From the NCBI GenBank assembly GCA_963777975.1, contig CAVZSO010000003.1:9111-73110 (forward strand): a DNA stretch of 64,000 bases, written 5' to 3'. The stretch is from an uncultured Chloroflexia bacterium. Lineage in GTDB: Bacteria > Chloroflexota > Limnocylindria > Limnocylindrales > CSP1-4. The translations under genes and the position numbers were made by a program. Of this stretch, positions 1 through 9,236 are shown in pieces. The notes beneath the pieces are model-generated. The model saw only the letters and a list, made by a program, of their open reading frames with translations. It ran no database searches and was not told the origin of the DNA. Each line of letters starts with the position of its first letter. The first letter of the stretch is position 1.

Positions 1-230
1 CCGCCTGGGGCGAGGTGTTCGACGCCTTGCCGGCCGCCTGGTCGGTCGGCAGGCCCAGCTACCACGACGAGCGGCACGAGTGGACGCAGTACGCCTTCGA
101 CTCGTTCGAGGTGGCAAAGGTCGGCGTCAGGTCGAAGGAGTGGACGGCGATCGGCGCGACCGAGGTCGAGTGCCTCGTCGAGACGGCGCGCTGTTTGCTG
201 GAGATCAGCGCCGGGCGGGTGCCGCGCTGA
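1..230 (+). CDS. Small hypothetical protein, 5'-truncated by the window; paralog of 3280-3532
   Basis: Frame reads AWGEVFDALPAAWSVGRPSYHDERHEW...SAGRVPR*; 57/75 aa identical to the second copy by manual alignment. Confidence 0.7.
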   Translation, partial: AWGEVFDALPAAWSVGRPSYHDERHEWTQYAFDSFEVAKVGVRSKEWTAIGATEVECLVETARCLLEISAGRVPR

Positions 231-237
231 CAGGTGT

Positions 238-411
238 CTAGATCGGCACGGTGACCACGGCGGCCGCGATCGTCGTCGCGAAGGCGGCGGCGATGACCTT
301 CTTGCGTTTGTCTTCGTCCTTCATCCACTCGGCGACGACTTCGGCTGCCGCCTTGGCCTGCTCGTCGGACAGCTCGGCTCGGTCCTTGAGTTCCTTGATC
401 AACTCGTCCAT
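238..411 (-). CDS. 57-aa hypothetical protein (helical N-terminus resembling DUF2267-like proteins, hydrophobic C-tail)
   Basis: MDELIKELKDRAELSDEQAKAAAEVV...; strong SD (GAAAGGAG) upstream of the ATG at 411. Confidence 0.65.
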   Translation of the reverse strand: MDELIKELKDRAELSDEQAKAAAEVVAEWMKDEDKRKKVIAAAFATTIAAAVVTVPI

Positions 412-587
412 GGATCTCTCCTTTCTTGGCACCCGCCGATGCTCAGACCACATGGATAGCGCAACCATGCCGGGCAGCGACAGAGCCAGATCGCCCGGTT
501 TGGCGTGAGGGCTGCCTCGCTGCGCAGGCATCGTCGGCTTCCGGATAACGGGATCGCAGGCCCCTTTGGACCCACCATCGGTCCCTA

Positions 588-1820
588 TTGGAAGAGGCTG
601 GGGCGACGATCTCGGCACCTCGGGCAGGCAGCGCGACGCCGCGGATTAAGGTCGTCGCCGGATTCGTCTGGCTCCTGACCCTTGGGATGGACGTCGCGAC
701 CGCATGGGTGCTCATTGCCGGGACCGCCGTGAGCCTCACGCCCGCCGCGGAAGATATCCCGATTGTCGTCGGTGGCCTCGCTGCCATTCTCATTGTGACA
801 ATGGGATACGTCAGCGTCGGGGCCCTGCTCGCTGGGCGTGCCGGAGCGGCGCGGATCGCGGCGCTGCTCCTGGCCGGCGGCGCACTCTTCGCGCTCGTTC
901 CGTTCGGCTTCGCCGTCGGCCTTACCTTAGTTGCTACGTACCCCGGTTCGGCGTTCGCGAGCCTGATCTTCATGCTGGGACCGCTGGCGCTGGGGCCGGC
1001 GTATGCCGCCATCCTGCCGGGCCTCGCCATCGCCTTTCCTGACGGTCATCTGCCCTCGTCTCGCTGGCAGTGGCCGGTCGCCCTCACGATCGCCATCCTC
1101 GGGCTCGCATCGATCGCGTTCCTGCTGTTGGCTGGACCCGTCGTCGGTGAGCCTGGCACGACGAACCCGCTCGGCATCCTGCCGGCGGACCTCGGGGGCG
1201 TCGTAAACCTCGCGATCCCCTTGAGCATCCTGGCCATCACGACACTCGGGGTTGCCGCGGTGATCGTGCGCTATCGGCGAGGAAGCGCCATCGAGCAGCA
1301 GCAGCAGCGCTGGTTCGTCGGTGCGATCTTGGTCGCAGCCGTCCCCTTCGTGCTGTCCGTCCTGCCGCTGACTAGTGGGCGGGACATCTTCCTTGTGTCC
1401 GGGTTCGGCCTCGTGCTCGTGCCGGTCTCGATCTGGATCGCGGTGACCCGCTATCGCCTGTATGAGATCGACCGCCTCATCAACCGCACGCTCGTGTACG
1501 TGCCGCTGACAGGCCTATTGGCGGGGCTGTATGCCGCATCCGTGGCGCTCTTCCAGCGGCTCTTCGAAGCGGTCACTGGAGACACGTCGGAAGCGGCGAT
1601 CGTCTTCTCGGCGCTGATCCTGGCGGCTGTCTTCACCCCGGTGCGGAAGTGGCTCGAAGGCATCGTCGATCGTCGTTTCAAGCCGCTCACTGAAGCTCAG
1701 GGGTCCAGTCACTCAGACCTGAGCGCCACTGCCGAAGACGATTGGGACGCTCGGGTGGCAGCCATCGCGACCAGGGTCGTGCGGGCCGAATTGGATGCCC
1801 GCGGTGATCGCTCGCCTTGA
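588..1820 (+). CDS. Polytopic membrane protein resembling the membrane input region of histidine kinases, with no kinase domain
   Basis: 410-aa ORF with many TM segments and the RYRLYEIDRLINRTLVY and P-x-R-x-W-x4-VDRRF motifs; start uncertain. Confidence 0.7.
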   Translation: MEEAGATISAPRAGSATPRIKVVAGFVWLLTLGMDVATAWVLIAGTAVSLTPAAEDIPIVVGGLAAILIVTMGYVSVGALLAGRAGAARIAALLLAGGALFALVPFGFAVGLTLVATYPGSAFASLIFMLGPLALGPAYAAILPGLAIAFPDGHLPSSRWQWPVALTIAILGLASIAFLLLAGPVVGEPGTTNPLGILPADLGGVVNLAIPLSILAITTLGVAAVIVRYRRGSAIEQQQQRWFVGAILVAAVPFVLSVLPLTSGRDIFLVSGFGLVLVPVSIWIAVTRYRLYEIDRLINRTLVYVPLTGLLAGLYAASVALFQRLFEAVTGDTSEAAIVFSALILAAVFTPVRKWLEGIVDRRFKPLTEAQGSSHSDLSATAEDDWDARVAAIATRVVRAELDARGDRSP

Positions 1821-1942
1821 CCTGCCGGACAGTTAGCTTCTGGCGTCTGCCTCGGACCTGGCACAACGCCGGGCTACGATGCCGCGATGCGGGTCGCGAG
1901 ATGGCGCTGGGTGCTGGTCCCGATGAATTGTCGTGGTCGGTG

Positions 1943-3143
1943 TCAGCCAGCCAGATGCGGCGGCAGGGGCAGAGGCCCTGCGTCGATCTCCTCCGCAGCC
2001 TCGAAGTCCTCGAAACCAGCCTGGTCGGTCGGGTGAGGCTCGAAGAACCGGGTGGCGATTAGCGTTGGGACGACGGCGCTCAGGATAACGACGGTGACCA
2101 GGATCGTGTACGTCGCCTGGTCGATGAAGCCGTGGGTCAGACCGAAGAGCGCCGCGATCGTGCCGAAGGTCAGCCCGGTCGACATGAGCAGGGTCGTGTA
2201 GTTCGCGTCACGCGGCGCCAAGCCCATGAGGCGGGCCGCCGGCCAGACGCCGATCGACCTTGGCGCCGACCTTGACCGCGAAGAAGAGTGCCGATCAGAC
2301 CGGCGCCGGCGATGACGGCTGGGATCGAGACAAAGAGGCCGGCCTTGATGAAGTAGAACGGGGTCAAGACCGAGAACGCGATCGCCCGCATCCGATGGAC
2401 CAAGATGCGGTCGGCGACGAAGACACCGGCAACCGCCAGGCCGATGACGTAGGCCGGCAGCACGGCTTCGCTGCCGGCGACCTGGGCCAGACCACCAAGA
2501 GCGAGCAAGACGAAGAAGAGGAACTTGATCTCAGGCTCCGAGACGCGGTTCGGGACGCGGCCGACGAGCCAGCGGGTCGCGCGTGGCACCGTGAGGATCG
2601 CGGCCACGGTCACCGCACCGAAGGCGAGCAGCAAGGGACTCAGGTCGGCGAAGAGGATGCCGAGGAAGAGCACGGTCCCGAGGTCCGTCACGAAGCAGGC
2701 GGCCAGAATGAGCTTGCCAATGTCCCGCTGCGCCAGACCGGACTCGATCATCACCGCGTAGACGACGGCGACCGATGTCGTCGAGAGCGCGAGGCCCGCG
2801 ATCTCGGACGCATGGAGCGTCCATCCGAGCGCGACATAGGCGACGAGGAAGGCTGCCACGAAGGGCAGCGCGAAGCTGATGACGCCGATGACAAGGCTCG
2901 CCGGAGGTGCCGGCGCAGGGCACCAGGGTCGATCTCGGCCCCGGCCAGGAAGGTCAGCAGGACCGCGCCGAAGGCGGCCAGGAAGTCGATCCACGGGGCG
3001 GTCTTCAGGCCGAGGACGTTGCCTCCGACGATGCCCAGCATGATCTCGATTAGAGCGACCGAGATGCCCAGCCGGACGGAGATCAGGCTTGCTACCAGAG
3101 CGAGGCCGACCCAGACTGCCGCCGTCAGGAACACGTTGTCCAT
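1943..3143 (-). CDS. Cation:proton antiporter (CPA/Kef-type Na+/H+ exchanger family), split by about 2 frameshifts
   Basis: Pieces 2751-3143, 2170-3150 and 1943-2227 join into one membrane protein (LTFLAGAEID, ALSTTSVAVVY, ACFVTDLGTV, PFYFIKAG); SD GGAGGT upstream. Confidence 0.85.
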
Positions 3144-3187
3144 CGCTCACCTCCGGGCCGACAAGGGTTGGCCCCTGCTGTCGAGCA

Positions 3188-3254
3188 GTCAGGAGCCATC
3201 AGCCCGGGCGGGCGGTTCAGACGCTGCACGAGCGTCTCGGCGGACACCATCGCC
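3188..3254 (-). ncRNA. Fluoride riboswitch (crcB motif)
   Basis: Minus strand GGCGATGGTGTCCGCC-[hairpin]-GAACC-GCCC-gccc-GGGC-TGATGGCTCCTGAC: P1 GGCG/CGCC, P2 GCCC/GGGC, pseudoknot GGTGTC/GGCTCC (one U-U), conserved GATG and CTGATG; about 45 nt upstream of the antiporter ATG. Confidence 0.85.
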
Positions 3255-3279
3255 GGAGGCCCGAGCCTACCATGCGCTT

Positions 3280-3532
3280 GTGAGCGACGACGACGTCGAG
3301 GCCGCCTGGGACGCGGTATTCGACGCCTTGCCGGCCGGCTGGGCGGGTTGGCAGGCCCTCCTACCACGACGAGCGCCACACGTGGACCATGTACGGCTGG
3401 GACCGGAAGGAGGTGGCGACGGTCGGCGTGAGGAGCCGTGAGTGGACGGCGATCGGCGCAACCGAGGTCGACTGCCTGCTGGAGATGGCCAGGTGCCTGC
3501 GGGAGTTGAGCGCGGGCCGGGTGCCGAAGTAG
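3280..3532 (+). CDS. Small hypothetical protein, paralog of 1-230 (one frameshift near 3345)
   Basis: GTG start 6 nt after TACCAT; corrected product VSDDDVEAAWDAVFDALPAGWAVGRPSYHDERHTW...SAGRVPK*. Confidence 0.7.
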
Positions 3533-3538
3533 ACAAGA

Positions 3539-3570
3539 CCCCCGCCGGAGATGGGGTTTCACGGCGGGGA
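3539..3570 (+). terminator. Stem-loop after the paralog gene
   Basis: CCCCGCCG...CGGCGGGG inverted repeat just after the stop codon. Confidence 0.45.
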
Positions 3571-3691
3571 TCTCTAGGTCGAGCCTACTTGGTCAGGCCA
3601 GCCCCGCAGCGGCGCCGCCGCAACCGGGGCGTACTCTGTACGTCTGGACCGCTGCGGCGTAGCCCGACCGGGGCAGATGGGGAGGCATCAC

Positions 3692-4081
3692 ATGGGGGAT
3701 GAGAAACCGAGCAAGCCAACGACCGCGCAGGTCCTCCAGGACTGGCGCGCCGCGGAGCAGGTGGCGGCCGTCGCGAGGCGAGGGACTGCGGCGGCGAAAG
3801 CCGCGGCGGTAGCCGCCGCACGGGCATCCGAGGCCGCCTTTTCGACCGCCGCTGCCGCGAAGGCCGGCGCCGCTGCCTCCCGAGCCGCAGCCGATGCCGC
3901 CGAACTCGCGGAGAAGTCCGCCACCGAGACGGCTGATGCAGCCCGTATCGTCCTCGAGGCGGCGAACATCGACGTCACGAACGCCGAGGCCGAGCAGGTC
4001 ACCGCGGACGGCAGCGAAACAGCCGCGCGGACCCTCTATCACGAACGGTCAGCCGAAGCCGGCGGGGACAAGATCTCCTAG
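3692..4081 (+). CDS. Ala-rich helical hypothetical protein
   Basis: SD GGAGG upstream; 129-aa ORF with high GC3. Confidence 0.65.
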   Translation: MGDEKPSKPTTAQVLQDWRAAEQVAAVARRGTAAAKAAAVAAARASEAAFSTAAAAKAGAAASRAAADAAELAEKSATETADAARIVLEAANIDVTNAEAEQVTADGSETAARTLYHERSAEAGGDKIS

Positions 4082-4124
4082 TTCCGCTGTAGCCGGGACT
4101 TGCGCCCGACGCCAGAATCAGAGA

Positions 4125-4337
4125 ATGGCGATGGCGCTCCACTACCTCGCCCTCGCGATGGCCCTCGTGGGGGTCCTCGACATCGTCGTGTCGAGCGCCC
4201 TCCTCCTGCATTACGTCGCCTCCTCGGCAGCCCATGACCGCCGCGTCGTGCGCAACTACCTCCTCCTCATCGGCGCTGGTGGGCTGCTGGTGGTCGGCGC
4301 CGTCATCGTCAAGTACCTCGGTCTGGCGGTTCTCTGA
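4125..4337 (+). CDS. Small two-TM membrane protein
   Basis: MAMALHYLALAMALVGVLDIVV...GGLLVVGAVIVKYLGLAVL; two hydrophobic segments. Confidence 0.55.
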   Translation: MAMALHYLALAMALVGVLDIVVSSALLLHYVASSAAHDRRVVRNYLLLIGAGGLLVVGAVIVKYLGLAVL

Positions 4338-4441
4338 CGACCAGGGTCGCCTTGCTCTGGACCAAGCCGCGGGCCGCGATTGGTAACGCGCCCATGGGCG
4401 ACACCCGGCCGGCGACAGACCACCGGGCCCACCGGATTGAT

Positions 4442-4699
4442 TCAGCCCGACGCTGGCAGCGTCCGCGCCCTGAGGTCGGCGAGATCGGCTTCCAGCAGCT
4501 CGGCTCGCCGCTTCCAGTCGGCTGCACCTGGCCAGAAGCCGTTGGCCTGCTTCTCACGAGCGGCGGCCAAGTCCGCCTCCAGGATCTCGACGTCGAGGCG
4601 ACGGCGGACCATGACCCGCTGGCAGGTATTGGAGCAGAAGAGGCGCGGCCGACCGATGCCTTTGGCTGGCAACGCCTGGCCACAGGTCGCGCAGCTCAT
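4442..4699 (-). CDS. 85-aa zinc-finger/coiled-coil protein of mobile-element type
   Basis: MSCATCG...GRPRLFCSNTCQR (CxxC...CxxxC); SD AAAGGAG upstream. Confidence 0.7.
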   Translation of the reverse strand: MSCATCGQALPAKGIGRPRLFCSNTCQRVMVRRRLDVEILEADLAAAREKQANGFWPGAADWKRRAELLEADLADLRARTLPASG

Positions 4700-4869
4700 C
4701 GGCCCAGTTTGCTCCTTTGAAAGTAGGTCTCCTGCTAGCACGGGATATGGGCGAGGAGAACGTGATTCTTCGCGAGGGGGATGCCCCCCTACCTCTGCGG
4801 TCACCATCGTGTCAGTCGTGGCAGCAGCTGACCAGGTGCATGCTCCTGCGCGTACCGCTGGTGCCTCCG

Positions 4870-5160
4870 GCATTCAGCTCGGACGTTGGATCGCTCGAGG
4901 GCCAGGTCGGGGCGGTGACGGAGCGGGACGGGCCAACCGTCACACGGACGTTCCAGGCAGCCGTCAGTGCTGCTGGCCTCCCCCACCAACGCTTCCATGA
5001 TCTCCGGCACGCAGCGGCCACGCTGCTGCTCGAAGCAGGCGAGGAACTCGGCGTCGTCTCGCGCATCCTCGGCCACGCGACCGTCAGCCTGACGATGGAC
5101 ACCTACAGCCACCTGACGGATCGGATGACGCGAGCGCGCAGCCGACCGGATGGACGCCAT
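4870..5160 (+). pseudogene. C-terminal remnant of a tyrosine recombinase (phage integrase family)
   Basis: RFHDLRHAAATLLLEAGEELGVVSRILGHATVSLTMDTYSH retains H-x-x-R, LGH and the catalytic Y; the N-terminal domains are absent. Confidence 0.85.
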
Positions 5161-5169
5161 TCTCGGAGC

Positions 5170-5195
5170 GGGGTAGGGGTACAGCGGGGGTACAG
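5170..5195 (+). repeat. Three direct GGGGTA(CAG) repeats, candidate integrase arm-type sites
   Basis: GGGGTA GGGGTACAG C GGGGGTACAG between the integrase end and the tRNA 3' end. Confidence 0.5.
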
Positions 5196-5205
5196 GCCAG
5201 AATTC

Positions 5206-5240
5206 GAAAGGCCCTCCGGGGGCGACCGGAGGGCCATTTC
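5206..5240 (-). terminator. Intrinsic terminator downstream of tRNA-Lys
   Basis: GGCCCTCCGG/CCGGAGGGCC stem followed by TTTC on the minus strand. Confidence 0.7.
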
Positions 5241-5253
5241 GTGAGTATTTCGC

Positions 5254-5328
5254 TGGTGAGCCGCGAAGGACTCGAACCTTCAACCAGCTGATTAAGAGTC
5301 AGCTGCTCTACCATTGAGCTAGCGGCCC
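5254..5328 (-). tRNA. tRNA-Lys(CTT)
   Basis: GGGCCGC...GCTGA-CTCTTAA-TCAGC...GGTTCGAGTCC...GCGGCTC-A-CCA; cloverleaf, encoded CCA. Confidence 0.97.
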
Positions 5329-5377
5329 ATCGTGCCGACGGACGGTCCACGAGAGGACCGACCTCGGAGGCCGCATT

Positions 5378-8300
5378 CTAACCCACGTCCCGCCGAGGAC
5401 GCCATCGGTCAGCCCGGATCAGGCGCGCGAGGGCGCTCCGGCGGTCGAGGCCGGAGCCGACGATGCCCAGGCGGAGGGCCATGGTGGCGGCTTCGACCCG
5501 ACCGTCGACGTCCAGCTTGGCCAGGATGTTCGAGACGTGCACGCTGGCCGTCTTGGGGCTGATGAACAACGCCGCGCCGATCTCGCGGTTCGAATGCCCG
5601 GCGACCACCAGCTCGAGGACCTCGAGCTCTCGCTCCGTGAGCCCATAGGGCGAGCCCGCGACCTCGGTCGCCTCCGCCACGCGTCACCAGCGAGATCCTC
5701 GCCCGGCGAGCCAGCGCCTCGACCATCGACGCCAGTGGTCGAGCGCCCAGCCCGACCGCCATCGTGTGCGCGTCCCGGATGGCGCTCGTTGCCTGCTCGC
5801 GATCCGCTTGCCCGGCGAGCAGTGCGGCGCCCAGGCGATAGCGTCCGTAGGCCACCAGCGGGAGCCGATCCTCGGCCTCTGCTGCCAGCACGAGCCGACG
5901 CCAGCTGGCCACGCTGCCACGCCCCGTCAAGCGCGACGCCTCTGCCTCGACCAGTGCGACCTTGGCGGTGGCAGGTCCGCTCCGCTCGCCCGGTCCGGCG
6001 CGTGGGCAGATCGGGCGGCGTCAGGAGGCCCGACCGCCGCAGACGTCGGATGCGCTGGTGGATCGCCTCACCGGCGGCCTGCGCCGCGACCGCGCGCGGC
6101 GACCCGGCCGGCTCGGACTCGAGGATGTCAGCCGCGGCGCCCAGCCCGAGCGCGGCCAGGCTCCCGATCGAGGCGTCGATCGACGGCAGCCGCGGGTCGC
6201 CGAACGAGGCCTGCACGATGTCCAGGGCGCCGCTCGGGTCGCCTTGCCAGGTGGCTGCCTCGGCCTTCGCCACGTGCCACCAGCCGACGTACGGCGAGAT
6301 GGCGGCCGGGTCGGCCGCTGCCTCCAGGGCACGCAGCTCGCCCTCAGCCGCTTCGAACTGCCCGCGCGCCACGTCGAGCCGGGCGCGCACGATGCGCAAC
6401 CAGGCGAGGGCGCCGCTGACGTGCCTCGGGCCATGGCGGCGTCTGTCAGCGCAGCGGCCTCGGCCCAGCGGCCAAGACGGAGCAGCGCGTGCGCGGCATT
6501 GCCCTGGAGCAACGCGCCGAACGACCTGGCGATGCCCAGGCGCTCGGCAACCACGATGCCCTCCTGCGCGATCTCCAGGCTCTCGCGGACACGCCCCGCG
6601 ATGTCCAGGACCGCCGCCAGGTGGTTGTAGGCGACCGCCAGGCCCGTCACGTGCGCCAGCTCGCGCGCGATCAACCACGCCTGGCGAACCAGCTCGATGC
6701 CCTGGTCGGCCTGTCCACGCACCACCGCGACCCATCCGAGCACGCCCAGCGCGACAGCCTCCTCGGCGCGGGCGCCGACCGTCCTGGCCGTGTCCAGGGC
6801 CTCGTTCGCCTGTGCCTCGGCCAAGGCCAGGCGGCCGGCGAAGAGGAGCAGTCCGGCGGCATGGGCGCGGACGTTGGCGAGCAGGATGGTCGGGGGCTCG
6901 GTCGGCATCAGCCGCACCGCCTCGAGCGCGTCCTTGAGTGCGGCTTCGTGATCGCCGGCGTCCCAGAGGTACCAACGCAGCGAGCTGTGGAAGAGCGCCG
7001 CCCGCTCGGGATCGAGCGCCGGATCGATCGCCACCAGCGCCTCCCGCGCCAGGGCGATGGCGCGCTGTGGCTCGCCCACCAGGGCCGCCATGGCGGCTGC
7101 CCGGTCGATGATCCCCAGGCGGTCGATGGGCAGCCGGTCGTCGGCGTAGGGCGCCAGCTCCCAGAGTCGGAGCGCGCGCTCGTAGTGCCCGCGAGCATCG
7201 GCGAAGGCGTAGACCGCCTCCGCCGCGGCGGCCGCCTCGACCGACGCCTCGAGGGCGCGTCCGGCATCGCCGGCCGCGTCCCAGTGGAAGGCGACTTCGG
7301 CGGCCGACGATGGACGCTCTCCATCCTCGGTCAGGGCCGCGGCGAACGCGCCATGCAGTCGTCGCGCCTCGATCGGCAGCAGTCGCCCGGCCACGACCTC
7401 GCGCAGCAGTGGATGTCGGAACCCGTAGCCGTCGACGCCGGGGCCCTTGACGTGCACCAGGATGCCCTGGTCGATCGCCTCATGCAGCCCCTGGACGAGG
7501 TCGCGCTCGGGAAGCTCGACGACCTTCGCCAGGAGGTCGTCATCGACCACGCGGCCCGCCGCCGAGGCGACGCGGACGACCTCCTGGGCCGCGTCGCCGA
7601 GCCCGGCGACCCGAGCCAGGAGGAGGTCCCGCAGGCCCGCAGGCAGCGGCTCATCAGGCGTGGCCGGGTCCGCCTTCGCTCGCGCCAGCTCCTCGACGAG
7701 GAATGGGTTGCCGCCGCTGCGTGCGACGACCGCGGCCACGTCGTCGGGGTCCGGCGGCCGGCCGTCGATCGCCTCCAGCATCGCGCTGACCTCGCGACGG
7801 TCGAAGGGGCCGAGCTCGAGCCGCTCGACGCGCGGGCTGCGATCGAGCTCCGCCAGCATCCGAGCCACGAATCCAGGTCCGGCCGGGCCATCGACGCGCA
7901 GGGTGAGGATCAACAGCACCGGCGCGGCGTTGACGCCGTGGACGAAGAACCGCAGCAGGTCGATGGTGCCGGTGTCAGCCCACTGGATGTCCTCGATGAC
8001 GACGAGCAGCGGCTGCGCACCGGCGAGTCGGCCGGCGACGATGAGCAGCGACTCGAAGAGGCGGGCACGGTCGAGGTCACCACCCTCCCCGCCGGCGGTG
8101 CCATCGCCGTCGGATGCGCTCGGGGCCGCCTCGATGGCCAGCTCGGGCAGCAGTCGGCCGATCAGCTCACGCGCCGGCCAGACGAGCGGCCGGACCCGAT
8201 CGGCGGGGACCTGCGCGACGAGCGATCGGAGGGCCTCGACGAACGGCAGGTAGGCGACCTGGCCGCCTTGCAGCTCGAGACACGAGCCGCCGATGCGCAG

Positions 8301-8481
8301 CCAGCCCTCGATCGCCGCCTGGCCGGCCAGCTCGTCGACGAGGCTCGACTTGCCGATGCCGGCTTCGCCCGAGACGATGACGACCCGTGGCTCGCCCGAG
8401 CCGTGCGACGTCGAGGGCCGCCCGAAGTCGCGCGACCTCGGATGAGCGCCCGATGAAGTGCCGCTTGGTGCTCCCCGCCAC
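5378..8481 (-). CDS. AAA ATPase (STAND) + TPR-like + LuxR HTH transcriptional regulator (MalT-like), several frameshifts
   Basis: Walker A GEAGIGKS, LLVVIEDIQWAD, SGGNPFLVEEL, FRHPLLREVV; C-terminal LTERELEVLELVVAGHSNREIG...SPKTASVHVSNILAKL; exact end uncertain. Confidence 0.9.
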
Positions 8482-8509
8482 GAGGCCATTATCAGCCTCG
8501 GATGGGGCC

Positions 8510-9001
8510 TTAGACGGGGCTTCCGGAGGGCTCCATGGCCAGGCGCAGCTTGTGGCGTGCGCGGCAGAGCAGCGTGCGCGTCGCCCCGTTCGAGCGACCG
8601 AGGCGCTCGCCGATCTCGGCTCCGCTCAGCCCCGAGGCCGCCATCAGCAGCGCCCGGCGATCCGTCGCGTGGAGCTGCCCGAGCGCCTCGAAGGTCGCTC
8701 GCGCATCCTCGTGGCGCAGCGCCATGACCTCGGCCGAGTCGCCGATCTCGTAGGAGACGAGCGCCGAGTGCTTGCGCTCGACGACCTGGTTGTGTCGACC
8801 GCGACTGATGGCCAGGTTGCTGGCCACGCGCCGCAGCCAGGCACGAGGGTTGTCCGGCGTCCGCCCCGCCCGGGCCTCCATGAGCAGCTTCGTGAAGGCT
8901 TCCTGGCAGATCTCCTCGGCGACCTCCTGGTCATGGGTGATGGTCCGGACGAACCCTTCCAGGGACGCACGATCCGCTTCGTAGATCGACGCTACGTACA
9001 T
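8510..9001 (-). CDS. ECF RNA polymerase sigma factor
   Basis: Region 2 (AEEICQEAFTKL, RAWLRRVASNLAIS) and region 4 (LSGAEIGERLG...TRTLLCRARHKL). Confidence 0.9.
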   Translation of the reverse strand: MYVASIYEADRASLEGFVRTITHDQEVAEEICQEAFTKLLMEARAGRTPDNPRAWLRRVASNLAISRGRHNQVVERKHSALVSYEIGDSAEVMALRHEDARATFEALGQLHATDRRALLMAASGLSGAEIGERLGRSNGATRTLLCRARHKLRLAMEPSGSPV

Positions 9002-9236
9002 GTCGGCCTGGCCCCCCCTTGCTTTGCTGGCCTCGACTGGCGTGCACGGTACACCGTGACCGACGAGCATGAAAGGTCGGTCGGTCCCGAATCCAACGGC
9101 TGCATCAGCCACCTGTCGTCCTCCGAGCCGGCCAGCTTCATCGCTGGCTCGACTCGGACGGTCGACCTAAGGTGGGGGGCGGCACATCGGGCAGCCGCCC
9201 TATCTTGGGCGGTCAGTCGGGCTGGTTCCGCGGCGG

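Noticed and set aside
9109-9200. Second fluoride riboswitch
   Set aside because: Has CTGATG and a possible pseudoknot but lacks the GGCGATGG...CGCC core; kept only as an unknown structure.
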